Source of the DNA: Blastocladiella emersonii ATCC 22665
Taxonomy: Eukaryota; Fungi; Blastocladiomycota
Assembly: GCA_025594325.1 (NCBI GenBank)
Contig: JANHCV010000003.1
Location: forward strand, 2,480,001-2,544,000
DNA length: 64,000 nucleotides
Direction: 5' to 3'
This document shows positions 1 through 9,001 of this stretch, in pieces. How positions within the stretch are numbered: position 1 is the stretch's first letter; every line of letters starts with the position of its first letter. The position numbers and the translations under genes were made by a program. The notes below the pieces were generated by a model. The model did not search any database. It had not been told where the DNA came from and saw only the letters and a list, made by a program, of their open reading frames with translations.

Positions 1-2
1 CC

Positions 3-122
3 GAGGACGGGGATGCCGCGGCCAAGGACGGTAGTCGCGCTGAAGCCCGCTGGATGTGGCGCGCGGCGGTGATGGTCGCCGTGGTCGCTGTGTCGCTCGT
101 TGTGGCTGCGCAGGTTGTGTAA
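3..122 (+). CDS. 3' end of a gene cut by the window edge; C-terminal hydrophobic (tail-anchor-like) segment
   Basis: Open frame EDGDAAAKDGSRAEARWMWRAAVMVAVVAVSLVVAAQVV-TAA(120-122), followed by AT-richer UTR-like sequence. Confidence 0.5.
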   Translation, partial: EDGDAAAKDGSRAEARWMWRAAVMVAVVAVSLVVAAQVV

Positions 123-484
123 ATACGTTTGCTTATTCAAGTCATTTGCGTTTCCTCCTCCGCTTATTGTTGTTGAGAGGGTCAGCGCGCGTTGCGCCAC
201 TCGCACCGCACGATCGCGTTGGTCACCCACCAGCCACACGCGGTGGCCAGCGTGGGACCGAGTGAAATCGCGGCTGCACTCCGCGGCCCGTCCTCGCTCT
301 CCCACCCGCTCATTTGCTATGTAATTATTTTCCATGCTGCTTACGGGACACCGTGCGGACTCAACTCGGAGGCCTGCGGTCCATCACGCAGCGCCAGTCC
401 CGACTTTGACACGCAAACCTTTGCTCAGCACACCTCGATACCGTTCCCGCATAATTGTCTGCCGACGCGGACCACGCCCGCACC

Positions 485-617
485 CAGGGGCCGGCATCTT
501 CAAAAAGCCACCGGATTGAACCCGACCCGAACGCCCTGCCTGCCACTCCTGTCAACGCGTCCAGTCGCGTCCACCGCGCCGCGCCTCGCCTCGCTCGCTG
601 CTGCTCCTCTCTTGCTC
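485..617 (+). repeat. Left terminal inverted repeat (starts CAGGGGCCGGCATC)
   Basis: Reverse complement of 4060-4192 with 3 mismatches. Confidence 0.95.
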
Positions 618-715
618 GGAAAGCAGACGCCCACATGATCGCCCATGAATGAAGAAAAAACTTCTTGCAAAACATGAATGCAGCTCGTCCCTCCTTGTTC
701 TGACCACTGGTCACT

Positions 716-3700
716 GCCGGAACTTCTTCGCGCCGTGGATGGCCCGGTTCGGCGGGGCGATGGTGAGGCCCTGCGCGGCGAGCCGGAGGTCGGCCGTGGG
801 GCCAGAGTCGGTCCGCGCACGCTTAGCCTTGCTCGCGGGAACCTCGCGCCCCGTATCGATCCCGAGTTGCATCCGGGCGGTCAAATGCGTCTGTATCGCG
901 CGGTAGTGCTTCGAGCCGGGCCCGTTCTCGCTCGTGGCCTTGAGCGCACGGGACTTGACCTCGTCGACGGGTCGCGGGGACAGATAGAACCTGTTCGAGC
1001 GCCGCCCGCGCTTCCGCGTCGCCGCCGTACCGGTCTGCGGGGGGCTGGTTCTCGCTCTGCGCGGTGGTTACGGGCTCGTCCTCATCCATCGACTCGTCCT
1101 CGTCGTGGTCCTGGACCGATCCGGGCTCGTGCTCGCGCATGACGACGTCGTTGTCAGACTTGCTGCCCGCCACGTACTCCTCGGCGTCCGTGTCGCTGCC
1201 GCCGTCGCCCTCCCCGTACGACATGGGCATTAGCGGCGCGCTGACACCGTATGCTGCGGGGGCGGACGTGCCACCGTGCACGCAGGCCGCGGCTTGTCGT
1301 CCTCCTCTGTCGGCGCGTTGGCGCACAGGAACCAGAGCTCGCCGTCCTTCTCGGTCAGCTTGGGGTCGCACAGGTTGCCGAAATCGTCGACGTAGACAGA
1401 GGGCTCGTATGCCATGTTGCTGTACCCGGACTCGCAGGCCGCCGCGTGAGTTGCAGCATCGCTAACCGCGAGCTCGCTGGCCGCTCCTCGGCCCGCTCGC
1501 CGTCACGTCAGCTCGCGTAGCTGGAGCGACGGCTCTGCACGAGCGTCGTTTACCTGAGCTCCTCGGCCGTTGCGAGGTTTTGTCGCTTCAGTTCATCTTG
1601 CTTTGCCACCATGATCGCAATGTCGGTCGCTGCGCTGAGCCGGATCCCGCGGCCGTTGCGCCTGCCAATCGTCTTGACCGACGAAAAGTAGCCCTCGACC
1701 GCGTTGGTGCTGTACGCGCGCAGGTTGGCCCACAGCTGCTTGTTCTCGTTGACCGTGCCTATGCCCGGAGCCATGTTGATGAGGAACTCGACCGACTCGA
1801 TCATCATCATATACCCGACCGACGTGTCAAAGTTGAGCCCGGTCTCGCCGTCGCGCTCCTCCTCGGTCGGTCTGGGTGACCCCTCCGCCGCCGCCCCGGA
1901 CTTTCAGCACATCCGCGTTGTCCTTGAGCGCGTTGATCACGTCGGGCTGGATCAGGCGCATCGCCTCAGCCTCGTTCTGCGTGTTGCGCTTCTCCCATTT
2001 GCTGTTGTACGGACCGCCCGGATGGAAGATCTCGAGGCGGCGCAGCACGCTGCGTTCACCATCGACCCGCTTAAGTAGCGCTGGATCGAGCGTCGCGCGC
2101 ACCTCGGTGGGGATCGTGGGCACGGGCGCCGTCGCGTCGCACGTCGCAGCGAACCACTGCGGAACCGCGCGTTTCGCAAGGTGTGAGTGGTCGATGAGTG
2201 GGATGAAGGCGCGGCGTACCCTCGGGACCAAGGCCCGAATTGCCCCAGTAGCCGCCGCGGATGTTGGCTCCCTCGCGGGCGAGTATATCCATCATCGCAT
2301 CGGCCAGCAGCTCGACGACGAGCTCGCGCACTTTCGCCAGCTTGCTGATCTCCGTCGGTACCCCGGTGTTCTTGCCCGGGCGCAGCGAGTGCTTGAGCGA
2401 GGACACGCGACTTGTGCTCGATGCAGGCGGGACTCGGCCGTGGTGCGCTCGCGCCGTCGCCATGGTCATAAGCAGCGCCTGCGCGATGGCGGCCTCGAAC
2501 TCGGCGACCTTCTCGCCAAACGACGAAGTTGTGTCGAAACCGTTGACGGGCGACACGGCGGGCAGCGCAACATCAGGAGATGGGGTCGGGTTGGGTCGGC
2601 CGCCCGCGCCAATTGGATGGAGCATGGACAGCTTGGCCGTCTCGAAGTTGGGCCGAGCCAGGACAAGAAACCGTATCATCTCGGGCAGGGAGAGGACCTT
2701 GAGAGCCCCCGACCGCAGCTTCATTGCATTCAGGACCGCCCAACACTGCTTGGCAAGTCGGGACGGTGTAGTTAGCGAGAGTAGTCCGAGTCCATGTGGC
2801 CCAGACATGATGCCGGCCGCAGCGGCCGCGGGGTCGTCACTGAGCTTCAGGCCCACGTGCGAGAGTTGGAGCGGCGTTTCGCCCTTGAGGATGCGCTGGT
2901 GTGCGACCGAATCCGTGTAGTTCACCTCGATGAAGCTCGAAAACGCGCCGTCGTAACTATACAACACGAGAATTACGTGTGAGTGAGCATCCAGCGCGGC
3001 AGCAAGGTGAACGCGGTGAGGCTGCACCCGTGCGAGTTGACGATCAGGCCGCGATTCCTGCACTCGATGTCGAGGTCCTGCAGCATCGAGAGCGTCGCCT
3101 CGTTGGGCTGCGTGCTGTACACGAGTAGCGGAGACGCGCTGCGCCACAGCGTGACCTGTGATTGACTCTGCGTCGTGGCTGCGCCACATCTCTCATCCCC
3201 GTCCGCCTCGCCTTTCGACGGGTTTCGCGTGGAGGAGACTGGAAGCACAGCGAGACCGACTGTTCTTGTACACAGAAAGCCGGTTTATATGGATATGTTA
3301 CACAACACAAGCACGCGCCGCCGTCACACACGCTCCCTCCTTCGGCGGCTCTTGACCACGCTTGGCCGCCAAACCAGCCTGCCGGGCGAGCCGAGGACGA
3401 GCACTTAGGCCACGCCATCATTGTCGCTCCCCCAGTCGTCTTCATCCGCGTTGTTGCCCAAGTCGTACGTCCTCCTCGCCGTTTGACGCGGAGTCGGCCG
3501 TCTCCTCCTCCTCCCCGAGCTGCATGAGCTCAATCTCAGTGAGGTACCCATGGAACTGGTGCAATTAGTCGGTGGTGTCCTCCATGGCAAACTCGAAGCA
3601 CTCCTCGTGCAACGCCGCGCCCCAGTCTTCGCGCGCGTAGTCGATGGTTGCAAACCCGCGGGCGCGCACCGCCTCGATCATCACGTTGATGCACGCCCGC

Positions 3701-3900
3701 GCCTCGGGGTCGTGCAGTGCGGGGCGCGCCGAATCGAGAGTGTTCACATCCTCGTGCATGCCCCACTTGGCGAGGCTGACGATCAGGTTCGCGCGGCCGA
3801 TGGGCCCTGCAGGTCGTGGGAGCGCACAAGGTACAAATCCTCGCTGCGAACCTGCAGCAGGTACTGATAGTTTTTTTTCAAGTCAGAAAGTTGTATGTTT
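716..3900 (-). pseudogene. Frameshifted, intron-containing P/THAP9/Galileo-like DDE transposase; boundaries approximate
   Basis: Motifs occur in the expected order across several frames: RGLIVNSHG|YDGA (D at 2950-2952), FIPLIDHSHLAKR (DxxH, D at 2190-2192), RNTQNEAEAMRLIQPDVINAL, and STNAVEGYFSSVKTIG (E at 1694-1696). First catalytic D not located. Confidence 0.65.
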
Positions 3901-4059
3901 GCTTCATCATGTTCTTCACCGAGTGCATGGGGGCGGGGAGAGTGAGAGTAAGAGCTCGAGCAAGCGACGGCGGGCCACTTGAAGCATTGGGCGGCCGATG
4001 CCCGCTGTGGCGATGACGTTGCCCATAGTCGGAGATGGCTTCATGATCATCATTTTCCA

Positions 4060-4192
4060 GAGCAAGAGAGGATCAGCAGCGAGCGAGGCGAGGCGCGGCG
4101 CGGTGGACGCGACTGGATGCTTTGACAGGAGTGGCAGGCAGGGCGTTCGGGTCGGGTTCAATCCGGTGGCTTTTTGAAGATGCCGGCCCCTG
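4060..4192 (-). repeat. Right terminal inverted repeat
   Basis: Reverse complement of 485-617. Confidence 0.95.
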
Positions 4193-4201
4193 GCCCGCAC
4201 C

Positions 4202-5875
4202 GTCGCCGGATCGCTACATGTCAGCGACGGTGCGTCTCATGGTCCTCGGGCGTCGCGCTGAGGCCGATCACCAAGCTGGTCAACTCGCCGCTCGACTTCA
4301 TCCACCTCATCCTGTCCCTCAACTCGACCTGTCGCACCGCTTCTTTTCATTCGACCTCGAGGCGCTGTCCTACGTCCTCGGTACCGAGGTCCTCAACGCC
4401 GACGGCACGCAGCTCACCCACAAGGTCAACGGCGTACCTGTCGCGCCCAAGGGTTCGTCCGACCTCGAGCGCGCCCGCTCCGACCTCGCCTACTGGACGG
4501 CGCTGCTCGACCTGTACGCGGCTTCGTCGATCCGCGCATCCCGCGGCGCGACGGCCCCGGCGGCCCGCACATCAACCAATTCCAGGGCCGCATCTCGACC
4601 GACGGCCATGTCGTTCGCGTGTACCTGTACAAGGGCGGCATCCGGCCAAGGGCGGACACGGTCGGGGGCGGCGGTGACGAGGAGGAGGACGAGGAGGGCG
4701 CCGGCGGCAACACGGTCAAGAAGGTTGCTGGCAAGAAGAAGGCCGGGACCAAGACCACCACCACGGCCACCACGGGCGGGCGTCAAGGGCGTCGCTCCAG
4801 GGACAAGTTCGACAAGACGTCCGCGGGCGTCTCGGTCGACGGCGCGGGCGGCCTCACACTCGACCAGGTGCTCGCCGAGGCCGACAAGCTCGCGCCCCAT
4901 GGCTCGGTCCAGGTCCCGATCCCGGGCGGCCGTGACAAGATCGAGTCGCACAAGAAGAAGATTGTCGTCCGCTACGGCCAGCCCATGTTCGTCATCGACG
5001 CCGGCGTGCGCGACTTCCTCACCGGCTTCCTCGTGCCGTTCGAGCTCGCGCGCCTGTTCCGACGGCTCCAGTACCTCGCGTACTTGGCGGCTGAGGGCGG
5101 CGACGGCCCGTGGTCCGAGGTGCTCAAGGCGTACATTCGGTCGGCGATCTCGCGCGTTGTCCTGACTCGGCCGCTGTTCCGGTCGCTGTCGAGTCGCGAG
5201 TTCCACCACCACGTCGGCACCGACCAGGCCCGCGAGCAGCGCAAGGCGTCGCGCGTCAAGGCGGGCCTCGTACCAGGCGATGCAGCGCACTCGTGCGTTG
5301 CCGGCGACCACCGCGCGGTCGCTCGGGTCGCCACCAAGTACATGGAGGCCAAGGTCGAGGAGAGCTGCAGCCACGGCGTGTGCAGCACCAAGTTCACCAA
5401 CGAGGGCCGCCGCAAGGCGTACTGGGCCGACCTCGCCCGCGCGCTGCGCGGCCACGTCGTGCTCATCGGCCGCAACTTCTCGGGCTTCGGCATGATCTCG
5501 GCGGCCGACAAGGGCCCCGTGGTCGAGATGGTCAAGGAGCTGCGCTCGCGCGGCGTCACCGTGTACGCCGTCGACGAGAACTTCTCGAGCAAGTGGTGCG
5601 CCGCGTGCGCCATGGCCAACCCCGCCGCCGCCAAGGCCGACAAGACCAACCTGCTCGGCAAGAAGAACAAGAAGGTGTACCAGACGCGCGCGTGCCGTCG
5701 CTGCGGCGTCCGCGTGCAGCGCGACCGCAACGCGGCCGTCAACATCCTCTCGTTCGCCATCAAGCAGCTCGTCTTCGAGGACCAGGCCAAGGACGCGGAC
5801 GGCAACCCGCTGCCCGCCGCCCGCCCCAAGCACCGCTACCACCGCAAGCGCCGCACCACGCCCACGGTCGAGTAG
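4202..5875 (+). CDS. Fanzor1-type (TnpB-derived) RNA-guided nuclease; 5' part frameshifted or disrupted, 4520-5875 fully open
   Basis: FQGRISTDGHVVRV (WED-type TDG motif). RuvC-I FVIDAG (D 4997-4999). VLIG with Gly at the canonical RuvC-II position, and displaced E in VDENFSSK (5576-5578). Zn finger CAAC/CRRC. RuvC-III RDRNAAVNI (D 5723-5725). Upstream RFFSFDLEAL and YWTALLDL blocks lie in another frame. Confidence 0.85.
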
Positions 5876-6110
5876 TGCAAGCCGTCCTTACCCTCCTTCC
5901 CTCACCATCCACCAGCTGGGTTGGAGCGTGTGACACGCATCGTGTCCGCACGTCCGTGCTTCCCTTGCCAAGACCACGAGCACGCGCTGTGCTTAGGAGT
6001 CAGCGGCGGGGCGGTGGCTCGAATAGTAGCAAGCGAGCTCAGCTGCGAGGTGCCCTTGCCCTGCTGGGCCGGGTGACCCTCGTTCGGCCGCATCGTCGGC
6101 CGGTGCACTT
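5876..6110 (+). ncRNA. Candidate omegaRNA scaffold of the Fanzor locus
   Basis: Lies directly 3' of the Fanzor stop. Stem-loops at 5932-5946, 5948-5959, 5979-5993, 6017-6038, 6047-6081 and 6085-6102, then an abrupt AT-rich tract. Position fits known TnpB/Fanzor architecture; expression not shown. Confidence 0.45.
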
Positions 6111-7532
6111 TACCTCCAATTTTTGTTGTTTGATTGTAAATATGCATAGGCTGCGGGAATGAAACTGTGAAACTGAAATATGAAATAGAGCGAGAGCGGC
6201 TCGTCGTCGAAATCGCGACCACCAAGTGCGAGGAGTTTGACGATGGCGAGGCCAACGTCCTTGCCAACAGCTTGGAACCAGCTCGGGGACATGTGCGCGC
6301 AGCAGCAAACCGCGCATTTCTTAGAGCGAGAACACAGGCAAAAGCAGGCACTTTTTGAACAGGAAGAAGTTCTTATTTTTCTTAGCCCTTGGCAACGCCG
6401 CCATCCGGTGCCGCGAGCGGGCGATTCCGCCGCCAGCTCGCGCGCGCGCGAGATTAGGTCGGTCATGAGGATCCGAAACATGATGATCGCGGATCGATCG
6501 CGCGCACCGGGTCGCGCTTCCGCTGCTGCACCACTCGCGCGGGTAGGGTCCCTCCTCGAGCAGGGCCACCCGCCCGCACGCGCGCCCACCCCGCCCACCC
6601 CGCCGCCCGCGACCCGCACAGCCAGCGGCAGCGACCGCACACGCAACGGCGGCGGCCGCCCCGAAGATGGCGCGCCTTGCGCGAGCGGACCGCTCGCGCG
6701 GTTGTTGAGGACGACGGCGGCGATGATCGCGACCTGGACCAGGACGTGTTGGTGCGGACGGCGTGCTAGAGGAAGATGGGCGAGGAGAGCGGTGAGTCGG
6801 CGATCCGAAGAGCGAGCTTGCGCGAGTAGATGGGGACGTACGTCAAGGATCACGAGCGGGTCGAGCGAGCTGGGACAGACGAGCGACGTGTCGCGGCGCG
6901 GCAGCCATCTACACGCAAAGGAGAACGCGATCCGTTAGCCGGTGGTCGTGGCGAGCGAGCGGTCGGCGGCGGGGCAGCGTACCGTGAAGAACGCCTGGCG
7001 CGAGCGCGCACGGTTGCGAGGGAGTCCTGCGGCGACGTCTACATGGTTGGTGGTCAGCACGCGTGGCCGCCGTTTGGGACTCCATGAGGGCATGTACCAC
7101 TCGAGCATCGTGGTGGGCGAGGGCGAGGTGAAGAGCGCGAGATGGGTGAGGGCCGCGGTCGGCTTTTATGTCCGTGGCCAGCGACCGAGGCGGGCAGCGG
7201 GGCGCGGTGGGGCGCGGCGACCACCGCGGCCGTGCGCACGGATTTCGCAAAGGACCGGCGAAGGACCCTGGGCAAGCGGGCCGTGTTGCGTCATCGTGAC
7301 GTGAAGGAGCAGGGCACCCGAAGTCGCGCGCGCGCTCGCGCTCAAGCTGCCGCCGCGCCAGCCCGCGGGCGTTTCAGGCCGCGCCGCCTCGCGCAATTCA
7401 CGCGCGAGGCCGCCGCTGCGCACGCTAGGCACCTCAAAGGATATGGGCGGCCTTTCTCCGCCTTGCTCCGCCGCACGCGCCGCGGCGGCAGCGCTTCGCC
7501 CAGGCAGCTCCCCCTCAGTTTTCTTAAGATTC

Positions 7533-8597
7533 TTAGCTAAGAAAAGGGCCATCTGCTGCTGTGTGCGAACTGGCGAAGGCTTGCTCGATGCTCCATTGCA
7601 GCCGCACACGGAGCTCGCGGATACCCTCGAGGCGCAGGTCAAAATCTTCGATCGACCAAAACTTGTCCTTGGCGGCCGCGTCGAGAGATGCGCGCAAGTC
7701 TAGAATCCCAGCCCGGTACGGAGTCGACGGCGGTTTCCCGCGAAGCCCGAGCTTCGGCGTGGACTCTGGATCAGAGATGACGGCGGTGTGAAGTACCACC
7801 GCGCGCCGCGCGGCGTACATTTCGACGACGAAAGCGTGAGTGCGACGGGATGCCATACCAAAAGCAATAAGCTGCATCGGCATCGAGACGAGAGGCTTGG
7901 AATGCGACGACCACGATGGGACGAGAATAGAAAGGATGTCGAACATGACATCGTCCGAGATTTGCGAGAAGAGAAGCGACGACCGTTCGGTCGGCGGCGC
8001 GATCTGCTGGCCGAGCGGGTCGAGGCTGTCCTTGAGAATGACAGGCTTTTCGACGATGCGCTGGCAGGCACCAGGCGGCGGGGGCGCGGGCGCGGGAGGA
8101 GGGCTCGTGAGCGGTTTGACAAACTTGCGAGGACCACCGAAATTAAGGCCTGCTGCAAGGGTTGCGGGAATCATGCCTCCTCCCGACGATCGAGATTCAG
8201 TCGGGCTTGGCGGAACCGGCGTTGGATTCGGCGCGGAAGGGTCCAGTGGTCTGAGGACCTTACGTTTGCGCTCTGGGGCACGCGGTGAGATGAGATGCTG
8301 AGCGCTTGAGCCAACGATTTGAAAAGAAGAAGAAGTATCGGCGTGGCCGGGTTGAAGCGTCGTTGGGGTGGGGTTTGAGGGAGTCGACGAAGTCGCGCAG
8401 TCCGCTTGCGCCGCAGTATCCTGGTCCGAGTTCGTATCGAGAGCTCGCGTGGTAGGAGTCGATACATGGGTGTCATTGACCGAAGGAGGATTGGGGGAAT
8501 CCGAGGCCAACGACGCGGGACGCCGCGAAGTGACGCGGTGCCAGGCATCCCGCGCCATGTCGCGGAGTGACTTGCGCCCGGTAGGTTTATGCTTCAT
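7533..8597 (-). CDS. F-box-like protein, paralogue 1 (probably 3'-truncated or frameshifted)
   Basis: LLFSQISDDVMFDILSILVPSWSS aligns with paralogue 2. Stops after 354 aa, where the paralogue continues. Confidence 0.55.
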   Translation of the reverse strand: MKHKPTGRKSLRDMARDAWHRVTSRRPASLASDSPNPPSVNDTHVSTPTTRALDTNSDQDTAAQADCATSSTPSNPTPTTLQPGHADTSSSFQIVGSSAQHLISPRAPERKRKVLRPLDPSAPNPTPVPPSPTESRSSGGGMIPATLAAGLNFGGPRKFVKPLTSPPPAPAPPPPGACQRIVEKPVILKDSLDPLGQQIAPPTERSSLLFSQISDDVMFDILSILVPSWSSHSKPLVSMPMQLIAFGMASRRTHAFVVEMYAARRAVVLHTAVISDPESTPKLGLRGKPPSTPYRAGILDLRASLDAAAKDKFWSIEDFDLRLEGIRELRVRLQWSIEQAFASSHTAADGPFLS

Positions 8598-9001
8598 GGT
8601 AGTCAGTGCTGCAAGTGTGCTGCTCGTATCAATTCATGCGAAGCGTCGGTTGCGGGGAGCGCGCGAGAGAGAGAAGGAAGCGACGCGTCCGGCCGGGCGG
8701 ATGCGCGCGTGGGAAAGTGCGACGTGAGACGCGTGCACGACGCGTTGCGCCACACCGCCGTGTCTCCGCTTCACCACGACTATCGAGCCGATCAGGAGAA
8801 ACCTTTCTCAGTTCCGATAAATGGTTGACTGATCCTTCCCTACGCGATTGTGAGTCGTCAGGTATGGAGATCAGCTCTTCGAGATCACACTTCAATCACG
8901 AGAAACGCGGAAACCGAACAGCCTATTATTATTACTCTCTCTCTCTCGCAGAAATGGCAGCACGATAACACAAAGCTGAATATACATTCAGAGTATCCGG
9001 C

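Larger units (their letters stand above)
485..4192 (-). mobile_element. P-element-like cut-and-paste DNA transposon (3,708 bp), probably non-autonomous
   Basis: 133-bp TIRs at 485-617 and 4060-4192 (3 mismatches). Direct repeat gcccgcacc at 476-484 and 4193-4201 (9-bp TSD; 7-bp cccgcac if the TIR is read one base longer). Internal transposase remnants. Confidence 0.9.

Noticed and set aside
352-360. 9-bp inverted match (cgtgcggac versus gtccgcacg at 5944-5952) as a TIR of the Fanzor element
   Set aside because: Too short, does not extend cleanly and has no TSD; expected by chance in GC-rich DNA.
485-500. hAT classification from the CAGGGG terminus
   Set aside because: No 8-bp TSD register works (only 7 or 9 bp), and the protein motifs fit P-like transposases better.
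4490-5842. 450-aa minus-strand ORF opposite the Fanzor; likewise 17161-18372, 33619-36087, 49056-50948 and 60328-61791
   Set aside because: Antisense shadows of genes with extreme G/C third-position bias; no motifs of their own.
4202-5875. Bacterial IS200/IS605 TnpB or contamination
   Set aside because: The RuvC-II arrangement is the Fanzor1 type, codon usage matches host genes, no TnpA is present, and the context is intron-containing eukaryotic genes.
485-5875. Fanzor carried as cargo by the TIR transposon
   Set aside because: The Fanzor lies outside the TIRs, and the TSD shows the transposon inserted into the locus.
6150-7500. Possible further gene(s) between the Fanzor and F-box paralogue 1
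   Set aside because: Only short, frame-switching coding-like patches; no motif or coherent gene model.
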